A DNA stretch of 64,000 nucleotides from Isurus oxyrinchus (GCA_026770705.1 JANJGN010000126.1:1116001-1180000), one strand, 5' to 3'. Positions 1 to 10,842 are shown, counted from the stretch's first letter. Numbers and translations: made by a program. Notes: generated by a model not told the origin, from the letters alone.

Positions 1-955
1 TAGTGTCCTAGGCCCAATCATCTTCAGCTGCTTCACCAATGACATTCCTTCCATCATAAGGTCAGAATTGGGGATGTTCGCTGATGATTACACAATGTTC
101 AGCACTATTCATGACTCCTCAGATACTGAAGCAGTCCGTGTCCAAATGTAGCAAGACCTGGGCAATATCCAGGCTTGGGCTGACAAGCGGCAAACAACAT
201 TCACACCACATAATTGTCAGACAATAACCATCTCAAACAAGAGAGAATCCAACCATCACCCATTGATGTTCAATGGCATTACCATCCTGAATCCTCTACT
301 ATCAACATCCTGGGGGTCACCATTGACCAGAAACTGAACTGGACTAGCCATATAAATACTGTGGTTACAAGAGCAGGTCAGAGGCTACGAATCCTGCGAC
401 CAGTAACTCATCTCCTGACTCCCCAAAGCCTGTCCACCATCTACAAGGCACAAGTCAGGAGTGTGATGGAATACTCGCCGCTTGCCTGGATGAATGCAGC
501 TCCTACAACAATCAAGAAGCTTGACACAGTCCAGTACAAAGCAGCCCACTTGACTAACACCACATCCACCAACATTCACTCCCTCCACTACCGACGCATA
601 GTCTGTGCCATTACAAGATGCAATTCAGGAATTCACCAAGGCTCCTTCAACAGCACCTTTCAAAGTTACAACCACTACCATCTAGAAGGGCAAGGGCAGC
701 AGATAGATGGGAACACCACCACCTGGAAGTTGCCCTCCGAGTCACTCACCATCCTGACTTGGAACTCTATTACCATTCCTTCACTGTCGCTGGGTCAAAA
801 TCCTGGAACTCCCTTCCTAACCGCACTGTGGGTGTACCAACACCACAGGGACTGCAGCGGTTCAAGAAGACTGCTCACCACCACCAAGGGCAACTAGGGA
901 TAGGCAATAAATGCTGGGCCAGCCAGCAAAGCCCACATCAGGAGAATGAATTTTT
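1..955 (+). mobile_element. CR1-group non-LTR retrotransposon, 3' part (RT C-terminus + 3' UTR), degenerate
   Basis: FADD-type motif near 75-90; ORF 214-897 gives ILGVTIDQKLNWTSHI..IYKAQVRSVMEY; 3' tail GGGCAACTAGGGATAGGCAATAAATGCTGG; frameshifts. Confidence 0.85.
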
Positions 956-1358
956 AAGAAGTATCAGCATGAAAGATAAAACGGGAGATTGGCCCTTTCT
1001 ACGTATATCCTACAACAGCAACTTATATTTATAAAGCGCCTTTAACCTGTTGAAATGTCACAAGGCGTTCCCCAGGATTATAATATAACAAAGTGTGACT
1101 CTGAGCCTCATATTCGGTCAGGTGACTAAACCTCGGTCAAAGGGGAAGGCTTTAAGAACTGTCTTAAAGGGGGAAAGTATCGATTTCATGTTCTAGCGAA
1201 CAGCAATGGTTCTTCTCACTGGTGAAGAAGTCGCTTGTGTTCAACCCAAACAGATCATTTGGTTGGAGAAAAGTTATCTCTGGTGAAAGAGATTGGGAAT
1301 GAAAAAAAAAGACAAAACTAGCCTCCATAAGCCAAATATCAAACATTATCGGTAGTTT

Positions 1359-1459
1359 AAAACAAAAACAGAATTACCTGGAAAAACTCAGCAGGTCTGG
1401 CAGCATCGGCGGAGAAGAAAAGAGTTGACGTTTCGAGTCCTCATGACCCTTCAACAGAA
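1359..1459 (-). mobile_element. 101-bp Penelope terminal-repeat fragment with 11-bp target-site duplication
   Basis: ATCGGTAGTTT at 1348-1358 and 1460-1470; insert almost identical to 6213-6312; paralogous site at ~29490-29530 is empty. Confidence 0.8.
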
Positions 1460-1753
1460 ATCGGTAGTTTCCCTGATGTCCAATTATTCAGATTAGGCAC
1501 TTTCATCAGACCAACAGCGAATAGGGTGGAGGGTTTTGGCAATTGAAAGTTGCAAATGAGCAGTTTGTGGGGCTATTTCACCTCATTGTCAATTTCATGT
1601 TCCAGCTGACAGATACCGTTATTTTCATTGGCTGAAGAAGTCGTTTGTATTTCACTTAAACACGCAGTTTTGTGATGAAAAAGATCTGAAATGAAAAAAA
1701 TATACAGGCAAAAGCAACGTAGATAAGCCAAATCAAAATGCTCTTTTACCGTT

Positions 1754-1825
1754 TCCCTGATGGTCTAGTGCTTAGGATTCGGCGCTTTCACCCCCACGGC
1801 CTGGGTTCGATTCCTGATCAAGGAA
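1754..1825 (+). tRNA. tRNA-Glu(TTC), degenerate/probable pseudogene
   Basis: TCCCTGATGGTCTAGTGCTTAGGATTCGGCGCTTTCACC..GGTTCGATTCC; several stem mismatches. Confidence 0.8.
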
Positions 1826-2890
1826 TGACATTTTATTGGTCCTGTGAAATTGTTAAAACGAGCATAAATTGACTGAAAATATTTAACAGCTCGACCAGAA
1901 TCAATGGGGTGAGAGCTGAAGTTTCGCCTCAGAGCTGGAAACATCGCACTTGGAACAAGTCGAGAACGAACACAGAGGCGGAGTGAGGGAATGAAAGGAG
2001 AGGAGAAGAGAAGTCGGGTTGCAAAGTTCTGACCATAGGGATGTTGGTGTGAGGCAAAATATGGGTGGGAGAAGGATAAATGTTGCTGCCTCCTGTTTGC
2101 ACTGGCACAAATATAACTCCTGATGGACCAACAAATCACAAGTGCTCTTTGAAAGCAGCGCACCCGGCCGAATGGCCTCTTTCTGTGCTGTAACCCTCTA
2201 TAATTTTATGTTTCCCAACAGCACGGGTCATTCTGCCATTTTATAACCCACTCGAATGAGATGTACTTTCTTATCTTGTATTTGGCTCCTTTGAAACCAA
2301 AACATGGAGTAAATTCAGTGAGTCTTCTTATAATTTCCAGCACGACATTAGTCACGAGACTAAATGAGGGACACATTAATGGTGCCAATCCTTCCCTGGT
2401 GCTCACCGTGTCCAGAGAGCACTGTTATCATCAACCTGTTATGTACCTTCTTGCAGTACATCTGTTGAACAAATATAACTTTATCACAGCTCTGCTTTCT
2501 TCACATTGAAATCCAGTGTGAAAATATGAACAATTTCAAAGCTGAACAACGTACACAAGACTGGAAAGAGAATGTGACTGTGGCTAATCCGCACTGTGCA
2601 CATTCTTGTAATCAGTATCTGGGAGAATCAGGAAGATGAGATCCTGGTGCCTGTTGTCTGCAAGCCTTACATTCTTACAAGTCTTACATTCGCACGAACT
2701 GACTTTGTCTGCATCAAGCACCTAATTGACCCAGGAGCTGGAGGCAAGGCAGAGACAGGAGCAGAAAGAGATGCGACAGGAAAATGCCTTGGATTTGATG
2801 TATGTCAGTTGCTTTCAGTAGTGAATGTCTGCCTTGCAGCGATTAGTTGGTGTTTTTTTTTTAATCAGCAAGATTTTAGAAATATTGCAG

Positions 2891-2954
2891 TGCCCAACAT
2901 GGGGATCAAACCCACGATCCTGCGCTTAAAAGTGTCCTGCTGAGCTAACCAGTC
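2891..2954 (-). pseudogene. tRNA-Lys pseudogene (D-arm deletion)
   Basis: Reverse complement resembles GCCCGGCTAGCTCAG..GGGTCGTGGGTTCGAGCCCCACGTTGGGCG with deletion and substitutions. Confidence 0.7.
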
Positions 2955-3009
2955 ATGTAAACAAAACAATTCCAATATCCCAACACACCTGTTGCTTTCC
3001 ACTTCATAC

Positions 3010-3640
3010 CTCAGCTTGTTCTGAATTTCAAAGTGTCGAAGGTAGTCGATGTACAAAAGCTCCAAGGTTGCAATGCATTCCTCTCAGTCATCAATAACAC
3101 CATTCACATCTTCCACTTCTTAGCTGCACCTCCTTCCAAACATTGTGATCCAATTCCCTCAGGATTTGTTCCTGGGTTTAATATTTATCTGCTTTGCGCC
3201 CTTATTTTTAAATGAGATTCGCTTCAGTATCCAACACAAATTGAATTGCAAACCTGACAAACAATGGAAAACAAATCACTCGGTAACACAAATCCCATGG
3301 TGCTCATTTTCAGATTCACAACAGTCAGCTTTTCAATAAAATGAAGGAATTTTACAGTGAAAAGAATTAGAAAGTTGGTGTGACTTTTATTTGTAACTCA
3401 CCCACTCGGGTATTCTGTAAATGCTGCTCAGAGGTTTAGTGAGCGTGATATAATCTACCTGTGTTTTCCTGAGCCTGTACTCAGTGTATTGGGAGGTTTG
3501 GCCCGGGTTGGAGTATCTCGCGTCCCAGGGATGGGCAGTAACCCGCTGACTGAAGCTGCTGTCGCTGCTTTCTGCTGGCAGCGGGTGATTGGAGAGTGCG
3601 GGGCCGGAATATTGCTGCCTTGCTGCTTTTCCCTGTCTCA
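3010..3640 (-). other. Exon1-intron-exon2-like segment of an unidentified duplicated host gene (copy 1)
   Basis: GC-rich block with CCAAT ending CAG|GTAGAT (3459); pyrimidine tract TTGTCAG| (3253); GAG|GTATGA (3010); paralogues at 8180-8822 and 15046-15690. Confidence 0.45.
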
Positions 3641-3913
3641 CTCACTGTGGAAATGAGGAAGAGGGAAGAATTGATGGGCTTGTTTGAATCCAATATTTTC
3701 ATAGATTTCTAATGAGTTAGAAGTTGTTCCAAATCTTTACTCACTATATTTGACAGAAAAATTAATTTTAAAAAAAGCGGTGTGTGTGGGAGCTCACTAG
3801 ATAACAGTAGATCTGGCACCGTTTTGGGGAGATTATTTTACAGCCCAAGTACCCAATGACAATCCAGAACTGTGTGACAATGAATACTGATGGGGATAGA
3901 ACACTAAAACCTT

Positions 3914-3984
3914 CACCCTTGGATGGTTTTGTATCAATAAACCTTTCAGTTAATAGGCAAACTGACCAATTGCACCGCAGAGAC
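3914..3984 (-). pseudogene. tRNA-Asn pseudogene
   Basis: Degenerate match to GTCTCTGTGGCGCAATCGG..GTTAACCGAAAGG; same flanks as near-intact copy at 15949. Confidence 0.7.
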
Positions 3985-4069
3985 TTATACAAGTATTGTC
4001 TACAAGGTATCTAACCAGGGTGTCAATGAGACTAATTTTCAGATTCTCACTACCCAGATGATCATCACT

Positions 4070-4528
4070 TTTCATCTTCTAAAATAAAGGTTGGAGCATT
4101 CACTGTGGATACAAGGAAACAGTCTGATCCCACCCACTGCAGACAAATGCATATCACCGGGAACCAGCTCTCCTACAACTGGTGCTGTCTCCCTTTTTGA
4201 GCCTTTCAGCATCTTGTCTGTTTCCAAGTATTCTGACTGTCCCGAAGCCGATGTGAGGTTTGAATTCCTGATGTGCAGAAATGAGAATCCTTTCAATGCC
4301 TCTGATCAGTTAATTTCACTGATAACATCAGAGTCAATGTTCCAGCGTCTTAAAGAAGGGAAAGGTGCCTTGACTGTCTCTGGTCAGTCAGACAGTTCAC
4401 CCTTCATTCTCCTCGGATCCCATTCCTCAAAGGGGATTTTCTTTTTCTTCTTGAGTTCCCTGACCACGTCTGGTAGCATCTTTGGATTGAGAGGCGTAAT
4501 TAACAATTCAGATGCAGTACAGTTCTGA
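4070..4528 (-). pseudogene. Unidentified coding-like remnant repeated four times (also ~7150-7600, ~16080-16460, ~26270-26640)
   Basis: Conserved frame KMLPDVVRELKKKKKIPFEEWDPRRMKGE..KAPFPSLRRWNIDSDVISE with TGA stops; one of these stops is CGA in the 16.3 kb copy. Confidence 0.35.
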
Positions 4529-4657
4529 CGAAAGGCTAGAGACCTGAAATGAAAACGATGTTTCTCTCTCCACAGACGCTACCAGATCTGCTGAGAATTC
4601 CAGCATTTTCTGTTTTTATTTCAGATAGCCAGCACCTGCAGTATTTTGCTTTTCTTT

Positions 4658-5050
4658 ACCTGATTAGTGAAATACATAAGATCCTGAGAGTACTTGACAA
4701 GGCCGATGTGGAGAGGATGTTGCCTCTTGTGGGAGAATCTAGAACTCGGGATCGCTGTTTAAAAATAAGGGGTCACCCATTTGATGCAACGGCCACATCA
4801 GAGATGAGTAATTTTTTTTATCTCAGGGGGTCGTGAAACTTTGGAACTCTCTTCCTGAAAAGGCTGTGGAAGCAAAGTCTTTGAATATTTTTTAAGGCAG
4901 AGGTGGATATATTCTTGATAAGCAAGGGGGTGATAGGTTATTGGGGGTAGGGGGCATACAGGTTTCAGGTTACTATCAGATCAGCCATGATCTTTTTAAA
5001 TGGCAGAGCAGACTTGAGGGGCCTAATGGCTTACTTCTGCTCCTTGTTCT
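4658..5050 (+). mobile_element. CR1 LINE 3' fragment (left palindrome arm only)
   Basis: LISEIHKILRVLDKADVERMLPLVGESRTR..; typical CR1 tail ending GGCCTAATGGCTTACTTCTGCTCCT. Confidence 0.8.
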
Positions 5051-5074
5051 TATTTAGTGCTAAGAATGTGGAAC

Positions 5075-5345
5075 CCATTATCAGGAGATTCGAGATCCAT
5101 GTCTGAGCTGAAAATATGTATGTAATCTCACACTGTAAACAGATTGTTCACCAGCTGGAAATTGAATGGGATTCGCTCTATCATCCCATTTACTGACACA
5201 GCAACAGAGCCTTGCCGGTGGGAGACGATTCAGATACTTCACGTGTGCAAAGGGCTTCATTCAATTTGCCCACTTGTTAACACCCCAACTTTAAAAGTTC
5301 AAGGGATTTGATCCACAATCACAGCATTGCTACTGACAAGATACG
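5075..5345 (+). pseudogene. Highly decayed C2H2 zinc-finger remnant (mirror copy ~6790-6960 minus)
   Basis: Manual translation GFALSSHLLTQQQSLAGGRRFRYFTCAKGFIQFAHLLTPQL keeps finger spacing. Confidence 0.6.
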
Positions 5346-5654
5346 GTTTAAATGTCCCATGTATAGGAGTGGGCGGAGAAGTCACTCGCTCACCGCATCT
5401 GCTGAGACTCCACTGAGTTCAGATCGAACTGTAGGGGGTGATCTACTGTTCATTACATCCAGGAGAGAATGGTAGTGGAGTTCAGAGCAATGTGGTCGTT
5501 GCATCAATTGATTTAACAATTTTATCTTTTGTCCCTATGACACCTATCGTAATCTGACTACAGGGTATAAACATTCTACAATTTGGCCTTTCAATGGTGG
5601 AGTGGTCACCCAGCTTTCACTGGGGGACAGAATGTGCCCTATCCTCACAATAGA

Positions 5655-5735
5655 AACTCACTGCGCATGTGCGTTTCTGAGATGGCTGGGGCATGCGCAT
5701 TGAGGTCATTTTCATGAGCATGCGCAGTGCTGGTC
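5655..5735. promoter_or_regulatory. Triple NRF1-like (GCGCATGCGC-type) motif block, mirrored at 6415-6485
   Basis: TGCGCATGTGCG, GCATGCGCA, GCATGCGCAGTG; the same GCATGCGCAGTG core occurs in the ZNF promoter at ~45043. Confidence 0.45.
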
Positions 5736-5762
5736 TCTGACTGAAGCTGCTCAGAGCTGGTG

Positions 5763-6345
5763 AGACTAGGCGCTTTACAGCCTTCTAGACTGAATATTGA
5801 ATTCAACAACTTTAGGTCTTGAGCTCCCTCCTCCACCCCACCCCCTTTCTGCTTCCCCCTTCCTTTTGTTCTTTTGCAATAAATTATATAGATTTTTCTT
5901 TTCCCACCTATTTCCATTATTTTTAAATATTTTAAAATCTTTTATGCTCCCTCCACCCCCACTACAGCTGTACCTTGAGTGCCCTACCATCCATTCTTAA
6001 TTAGCACATTCGTTTAGATAATATCACCAACTTTAACTTTAACACCTATGTGTTCTTTTGTACCATTGTCACTGACATCTTTTGATGATCTGCTTCTATC
6101 ACTGCTTGTTTGTCTACACAAGCACCTCTCTCTCTCTCTCTATCTCTCCGCCCCCCACACACACACCTTAAACCAGCTTATATTTCAACTCTTTCTTGGA
6201 CTCGAAATCAAGTTCTGTCGAAGGGTCATGAGGACTCGAAACGTCAACTCTTTTCTTCTCCGCCGATGCTGCCAGACCTGCTGAGTTTTTCCAGGTAATT
6301 CTGTTTTTGTTTTGGATTTCCAGCATCCGCAGTTTTGTTTTGTTT
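5763..6345 (+). mobile_element. Penelope-like element 3' end (GIY-YIG C-terminus + terminal repeat)
   Basis: RLGALQPSRLNIEFNNFRS* matches the C-terminus downstream of the GIY-YIG fragment at 21.9 kb; ends with GATGCTGCCAGACCTGCTGAG..TTCCAGCATCCGCAG. Confidence 0.8.
6211..6249 (+). ncRNA. Minimal type-I hammerhead-ribozyme-like motif
   Basis: AGTT-CTGTCGA-A-GGGTC-ATGAG-GACTC-GAAAC-GTC-AACT: stem I AGTT/AACT, stem II GGGTC/GACTC, GAAA box, GUC triplet; core has a non-canonical U at position 6. Confidence 0.55.
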
Positions 6346-7681
6346 TTATCACAAACTCTGTTAGTTTGCTCCACTCGACATTCCCTCACCCACTCTGAAC
6401 AGCTTCAGTCACAGACCAGCACTGCGCATGCTCATGAAACAGACGAAATGCGCATGCCCCACCACACGCAAAAATGCTCATGCACAGAGATCTGCTGGAG
6501 TGAGGATAGGGCACATTCTGCCTCGCAATGAAACCTGGGTCTCCACTCCGCCATTGAAGAACCATATTATAGAACAGAAACCTATGTCCTGTATTCAGAA
6601 TACGATGGGTGACATAGGGACAAGACATAAAATTGTTGAATCAAATGATGCAGCAGTCAAATTGATCAGGGGTCCACCATAATTCTCGCCTGGACATAAT
6701 AATCCTGCAGTTAGATCTGAACTCAGTGCTGTCTCAGCAGATGGGGTGAGCTCGTGACTTTCCCCCTATATGTGGAGCATTTAAACCGTGTCATGCTATT
6801 ATCATTTCTCTGATTGTTGATCAAATCCTTTGAACCTTTAAAGTTGGAGTGTTAACTTGTGGGAAAACTGAATAAAGCCCTTTGCACATGTGAAGGATCT
6901 GAATGGTCTTGCAACAGCAAGACTGTGTTCCTGTGTCAGTAAATGGGATGAAAGTGAACTCCTTTCCAAACCCGCCCTGTCAAGCACTACTCAGGGTCTT
7001 ATATGTTTCATTAATATTGAAAAAAAAAGCAAAGTACTGCAAATGCTAGTTATCTGAAATAAAAACAGAAAATGCTGGAAATCTCAGCAGATCTGGTAGC
7101 GTCTGTGGAGAGAGAGACATCGTTTTGATTTCAGGTCTGTAGCCTTTCATTAGAACTGCACTGCATCTGAAATGTTAATTAAGCCTCTCAGTCCAAAGAT
7201 GTTGCCAAATGAGGTCAGGGAGCCCAAGAGGGAAATGAAAATCCCCTTTGAGGAGTGGAATCCAATGATAATGAAGGGTGAACTGGAGAAAGTCAAGGCA
7301 CCTTTCCCTTCTTTAAGACGCTGGAACTTAGATTCTGATGTTATCAGTGAAATTAACTGATCTGAGATATTGAAAGTATTCTCGTTACTGCACATCAGGA
7401 ATTCAAACCTAATATCGGCTTCAGGACAATCAGAATACTTGGTAACAGACAAGACAATGAAAGACTCGAAGGGAAATGGCACCGGTTGTAGAAGAGCTGA
7501 TTCCAAGTGACTTGGATGTCTCTGTAGTGGGTGGGATCAGACTGTTTCCATGAATCCATAATGAATGTCTCACCCTTTTTTTTTTGGAGGTATAAAACTG
7601 ATAGCGTGTGATAGCCATCTGGGTAGTGGCAATTTGAAGATTAGACTCACTGACACCCTGATTCGGTACCTTTTCGGTCAA

Positions 7682-7811
7682 AGGCTTGGCCTAAATAGGT
7701 TATGGTACGGGGTTTGTAACCCTAAGATCAAGAGTTCAAATCTCACAATGGCGAACAATGTAACTTCATCTAAAACAGATGGAAATGGGTTTGTACTCAA
7801 AAAAAAAGAGT
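7682..7811 (+). mobile_element. 130-bp tRNA-derived SINE-like insertion with perfect 15-bp TSD
   Basis: TACCTTTTCGGTCAA at 7667-7681 and 7812-7826; A-box-like TGGCCTAAATAGG, B-box GAGTTCAAATC, A-rich tail; absent from mirror arm (~3985-4020). Confidence 0.75.
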
Positions 7812-7836
7812 TACCTTTTCGGTCAAGTTTGTGTAA

Positions 7837-7911
7837 GTGTCTGTGATGCAATTGATCAGCATGTTTGCCTGTTAACTGAAAGGTTCGTGATTCAAAACCA
7901 CCCAAGGGGTG
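7837..7911 (+). pseudogene. tRNA-Asn(GTT) pseudogene
   Basis: GTGTCTGTGATGCAATTGATCAGC..CTGTTAACTGAAAGG..; many CpG transitions. Confidence 0.75.
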
Positions 7912-8884
7912 AAGGTTTTTACTGTTTTACCCCTCATCACCAATCATTGCCACACAGTTCTGGATTGTGATTGGGTACTTGGGCTGCAAGATATCATCCC
8001 CAAAACGGTGGCAGGTCTTTTGCTGTCCAGTCAGCTCCCACAAGAACAGCTTCTTTTTAAAATTACGTTTTCTGTCAAATACTGTGAGAAAAGATTTGGA
8101 CCCACTCTGTAACCCACTAGAAATCCATGAAATTGTTGGAATCAAACGAACCCATCAATTATTCAGTCTTCCTCAGCTCCATGGTGAGTGAGACAGGGTA
8201 AAGCAGCAAAGCAGCAATATTCCGGCCCCGCACTCTCCAATCACCCGCTGCCAGCAGAAAGCAGCGACTGGAGCTTCAGTCAGCGGTTACTGCCCATCCC
8301 TGGGACGCGAGATACTCCAACCCGGGCCAAACCTCCCAATACACTGAGAGCAGGCTCAGGAAAACACAGATAGATTATGTTCCAGTCACTAAACCTCCGA
8401 GCAGCATTTACAGAATACCCGAGTGAGTGAGTTACAAATAAAAGTCACACCAACTTTCTAATTCTTTTCACTGTAAAATTCCTTCATTTCATTGAAAAGT
8501 TGACTGTTGTGAATCTGAAAATGAGCACCATGGGATTTTTGTTACCGAGTGACTTGTTTTCCATTGTTTATCTGTCAGGTTTGCAATTCAATTTCCTTTG
8601 GATATTGAAGCGAATCTGATTTCAAAATGAGGACAAAAAGCAGGCAAATATTAAATGCAGGAGAAAATCCTGAGGAAAATGGATCACAGTATTTGGAAGG
8701 AGGTGCAGCTAAGAAGTGGAAGATGTGAATGATGTTATTGATGATTGAGGGGAATGCATTGCAACCCTGGGGCTTTTGTAGGCCGATTATGTCCCACACT
8801 TTAAACTTCAGACCAAGTTGAGGTATCAGGTGGAAAGCAATAGGTTTATCCATGTATGTTGGGATACGAGACAGTTTTTTACAT

Positions 8885-8957
8885 GCCTGGCTAGCTCAGT
8901 CGGTATAGCATGAGGATCTTAATTTCAGGATCGTGGGTACAAGCCCCACATTGGGCG
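8885..8957 (+). tRNA. tRNA-Lys(CTT), degenerate (B box mutated)
   Basis: GCCTGGCTAGCTCAGTCGGTATAGCATGAGGATCTTAAT..GGGTACAAGCCCCACATTGGGCG. Confidence 0.8.
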
Positions 8958-9721
8958 CTGTAACTTTTTGAAATTCTGATTAAGAGTTGTACAGTCTGGA
9001 AGCTTTGACTCTGTTTCTCTCTCCAGCTGCTGACCTTTTCCAGCATTTTCTGTGTTTGTTTCAGATTTCCATCATTTGCAGTAATTTGCTTTTATCGTTT
9101 TACTTTTAAATCTTGCTGCTTAAAAAAAATACCAACTAATCACTGCGGCTCCTGTGAAACTTACAAGCCAGACATTCACCACTGAAAACAACTGACACAT
9201 CAAATTCAAAGCACTTTATTGTCACATTTCTTCCTGCTTCTGTCTCTGCCTCGCCTCCAGCTCCCTCTGCCCGTCCAGTCCCCCAGGTCAATGAGCTGCT
9301 CGATGCAGACACAGTCAGTTCGTGGGAATGGGTAAAATTCTAGTGTAAAGAGACACCTGGATCTCATCTTTCTGGTTCTCCCAGATACTGATTACAGGAA
9401 AGTGCCCAGTGCCGATTATCCACAGTCACTCTCCTCCCCGTTGTTCAGCTTTGAAATTAATTTTCACACTGGATTTCAATGTGAATAAAGCAGAGCTGTG
9501 ATAAGCTTATATTGTTCAGCAGATGTACTGCAAGAAGGCACTTTGCTTTGTAAACAGCCCTTCTCCTCTCCTCTTCCTTCACTGCAAATCACGAGTGTGA
9601 TGTTTTCCAGATCTGAGGCGAAATTTAAACCCTCGCTCCTCTGATTATGGTGAAGCCTTTAAACGTTTCTAATCAATGAGTGATCAACACTCGTTTCAAA
9701 AAAGAAATCAATAAATAGACA

Positions 9722-9793
9722 TTTCCGGAACAGGAATCGAATCCGGGCTGCGGCGGTGAGAGCACCGAATCCTAAACAGTCGACCACCAAGAA
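9722..9793 (-). tRNA. tRNA-Glu(CTC), degenerate/pseudogene
   Basis: Reverse complement of Glu-CTC body; acceptor stem damaged. Confidence 0.75.
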
Positions 9794-10769
9794 AGTTGCA
9801 CGAGAGTTTTTTCGGTTCGGCTTATCTACACTGCTTTTGCCTATTGTTTTTCATTTCAGATCTCTTTCACCACAAAACTGTCTGTTTAGGTTCAAGATAA
9901 ACAACTTCGTCAGCCAATGAAAACAACGGTTGCCGTGAGCTGGAACATGAAATTGACAGTGAAGTGAAATAGTCCCACAAGCTGCTCATGTGCAAGTTTC
10001 AATCTCCAAAACCCTCCACCCTATTCGCTGTCAGTCCAACGGAAGCGCCAATCCCAAGTCACTGAACATGTGTTCGGTTTAACACAACGAGAAGAAGCAT
10101 TGCTGTGAACTGGAGCATGAAATCGATACTTTCCTCCGTTAAAACAATTCTGAAACCCTCCCCCTTTGACCGAGCTTTTAGTCATCTGACCGAATATGAG
10201 GCTCAGTGTCACACTTTGTGATAAAATGCTCAAAGGGGAACACCTTGTGACTTTTCAACAGGTTAAAGGCGCTTTATATATACAAGTTGTTGTTGTCATA
10301 GGATATAAATAGAAAGGGCCAGTCTCTTGTTTTACCTTTCACGCTGATACTTTTCTCATCGACATTTTAACCTGAACTAATGTGAATTAAGTTTGCGACG
10401 TAAAAAAATTTTCACCCCCTCAGGAAACTGAACCTCACTGACAATCACAGAGGAACAGACACATAGATGTACACCGAGAGTGACAGAGGCCTAAGGAGAG
10501 GCACACACCCAGAAAGCAAGGATGTCACCAACTTGACTCAGTGTTTGTCCTACTGCCGAAAGCAAATTTCCTGAATGCTGACAAATGAATGGAAATCAGA
10601 AAATAAAGACGTATTTGGATGGGTTTCCATCTAATTAACTGATAATCAATGTGGTTAAAATCACAAATGGTGAAAAATTTAGTCAGCAGGATTTCAACCG
10701 TCGTGTTCATATTTACAACAAATGTAACTTATCGAACTTTCACTCACTCAAATAAACACGCTTGGAAAA

Positions 10770-10842
10770 TGCTCTTGCCAGGTATCAAACGGCAGCTCCA
10801 TCACATGTGAGGCGAATATGACCCCAGTCGCCTCTCTAAACC
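10770..10842 (-). pseudogene. Very degenerate tRNA-Val(CAC)-like remnant
   Basis: TTCGCCTCACA anticodon arm; flank shared with Val copy at 23782. Confidence 0.45.

Larger units (their letters stand above)
958..10352. repeat. Large diverged inverted duplication (left arm ~958-5764, right arm ~6386-10352)
   Basis: Mirror order Glu-Lys-GC element-Asn-coding remnant-ZNF remnant-NRF1 block; direct reverse-complement matches, e.g. 5700-5764 vs 6386-6460 and 962-1060 vs 10260-10350. Confidence 0.9.

Noticed and set aside
214-1034. 227-aa and 138-aa ORFs as host genes
   Set aside because: Frameshifted LINE reverse-transcriptase remnants
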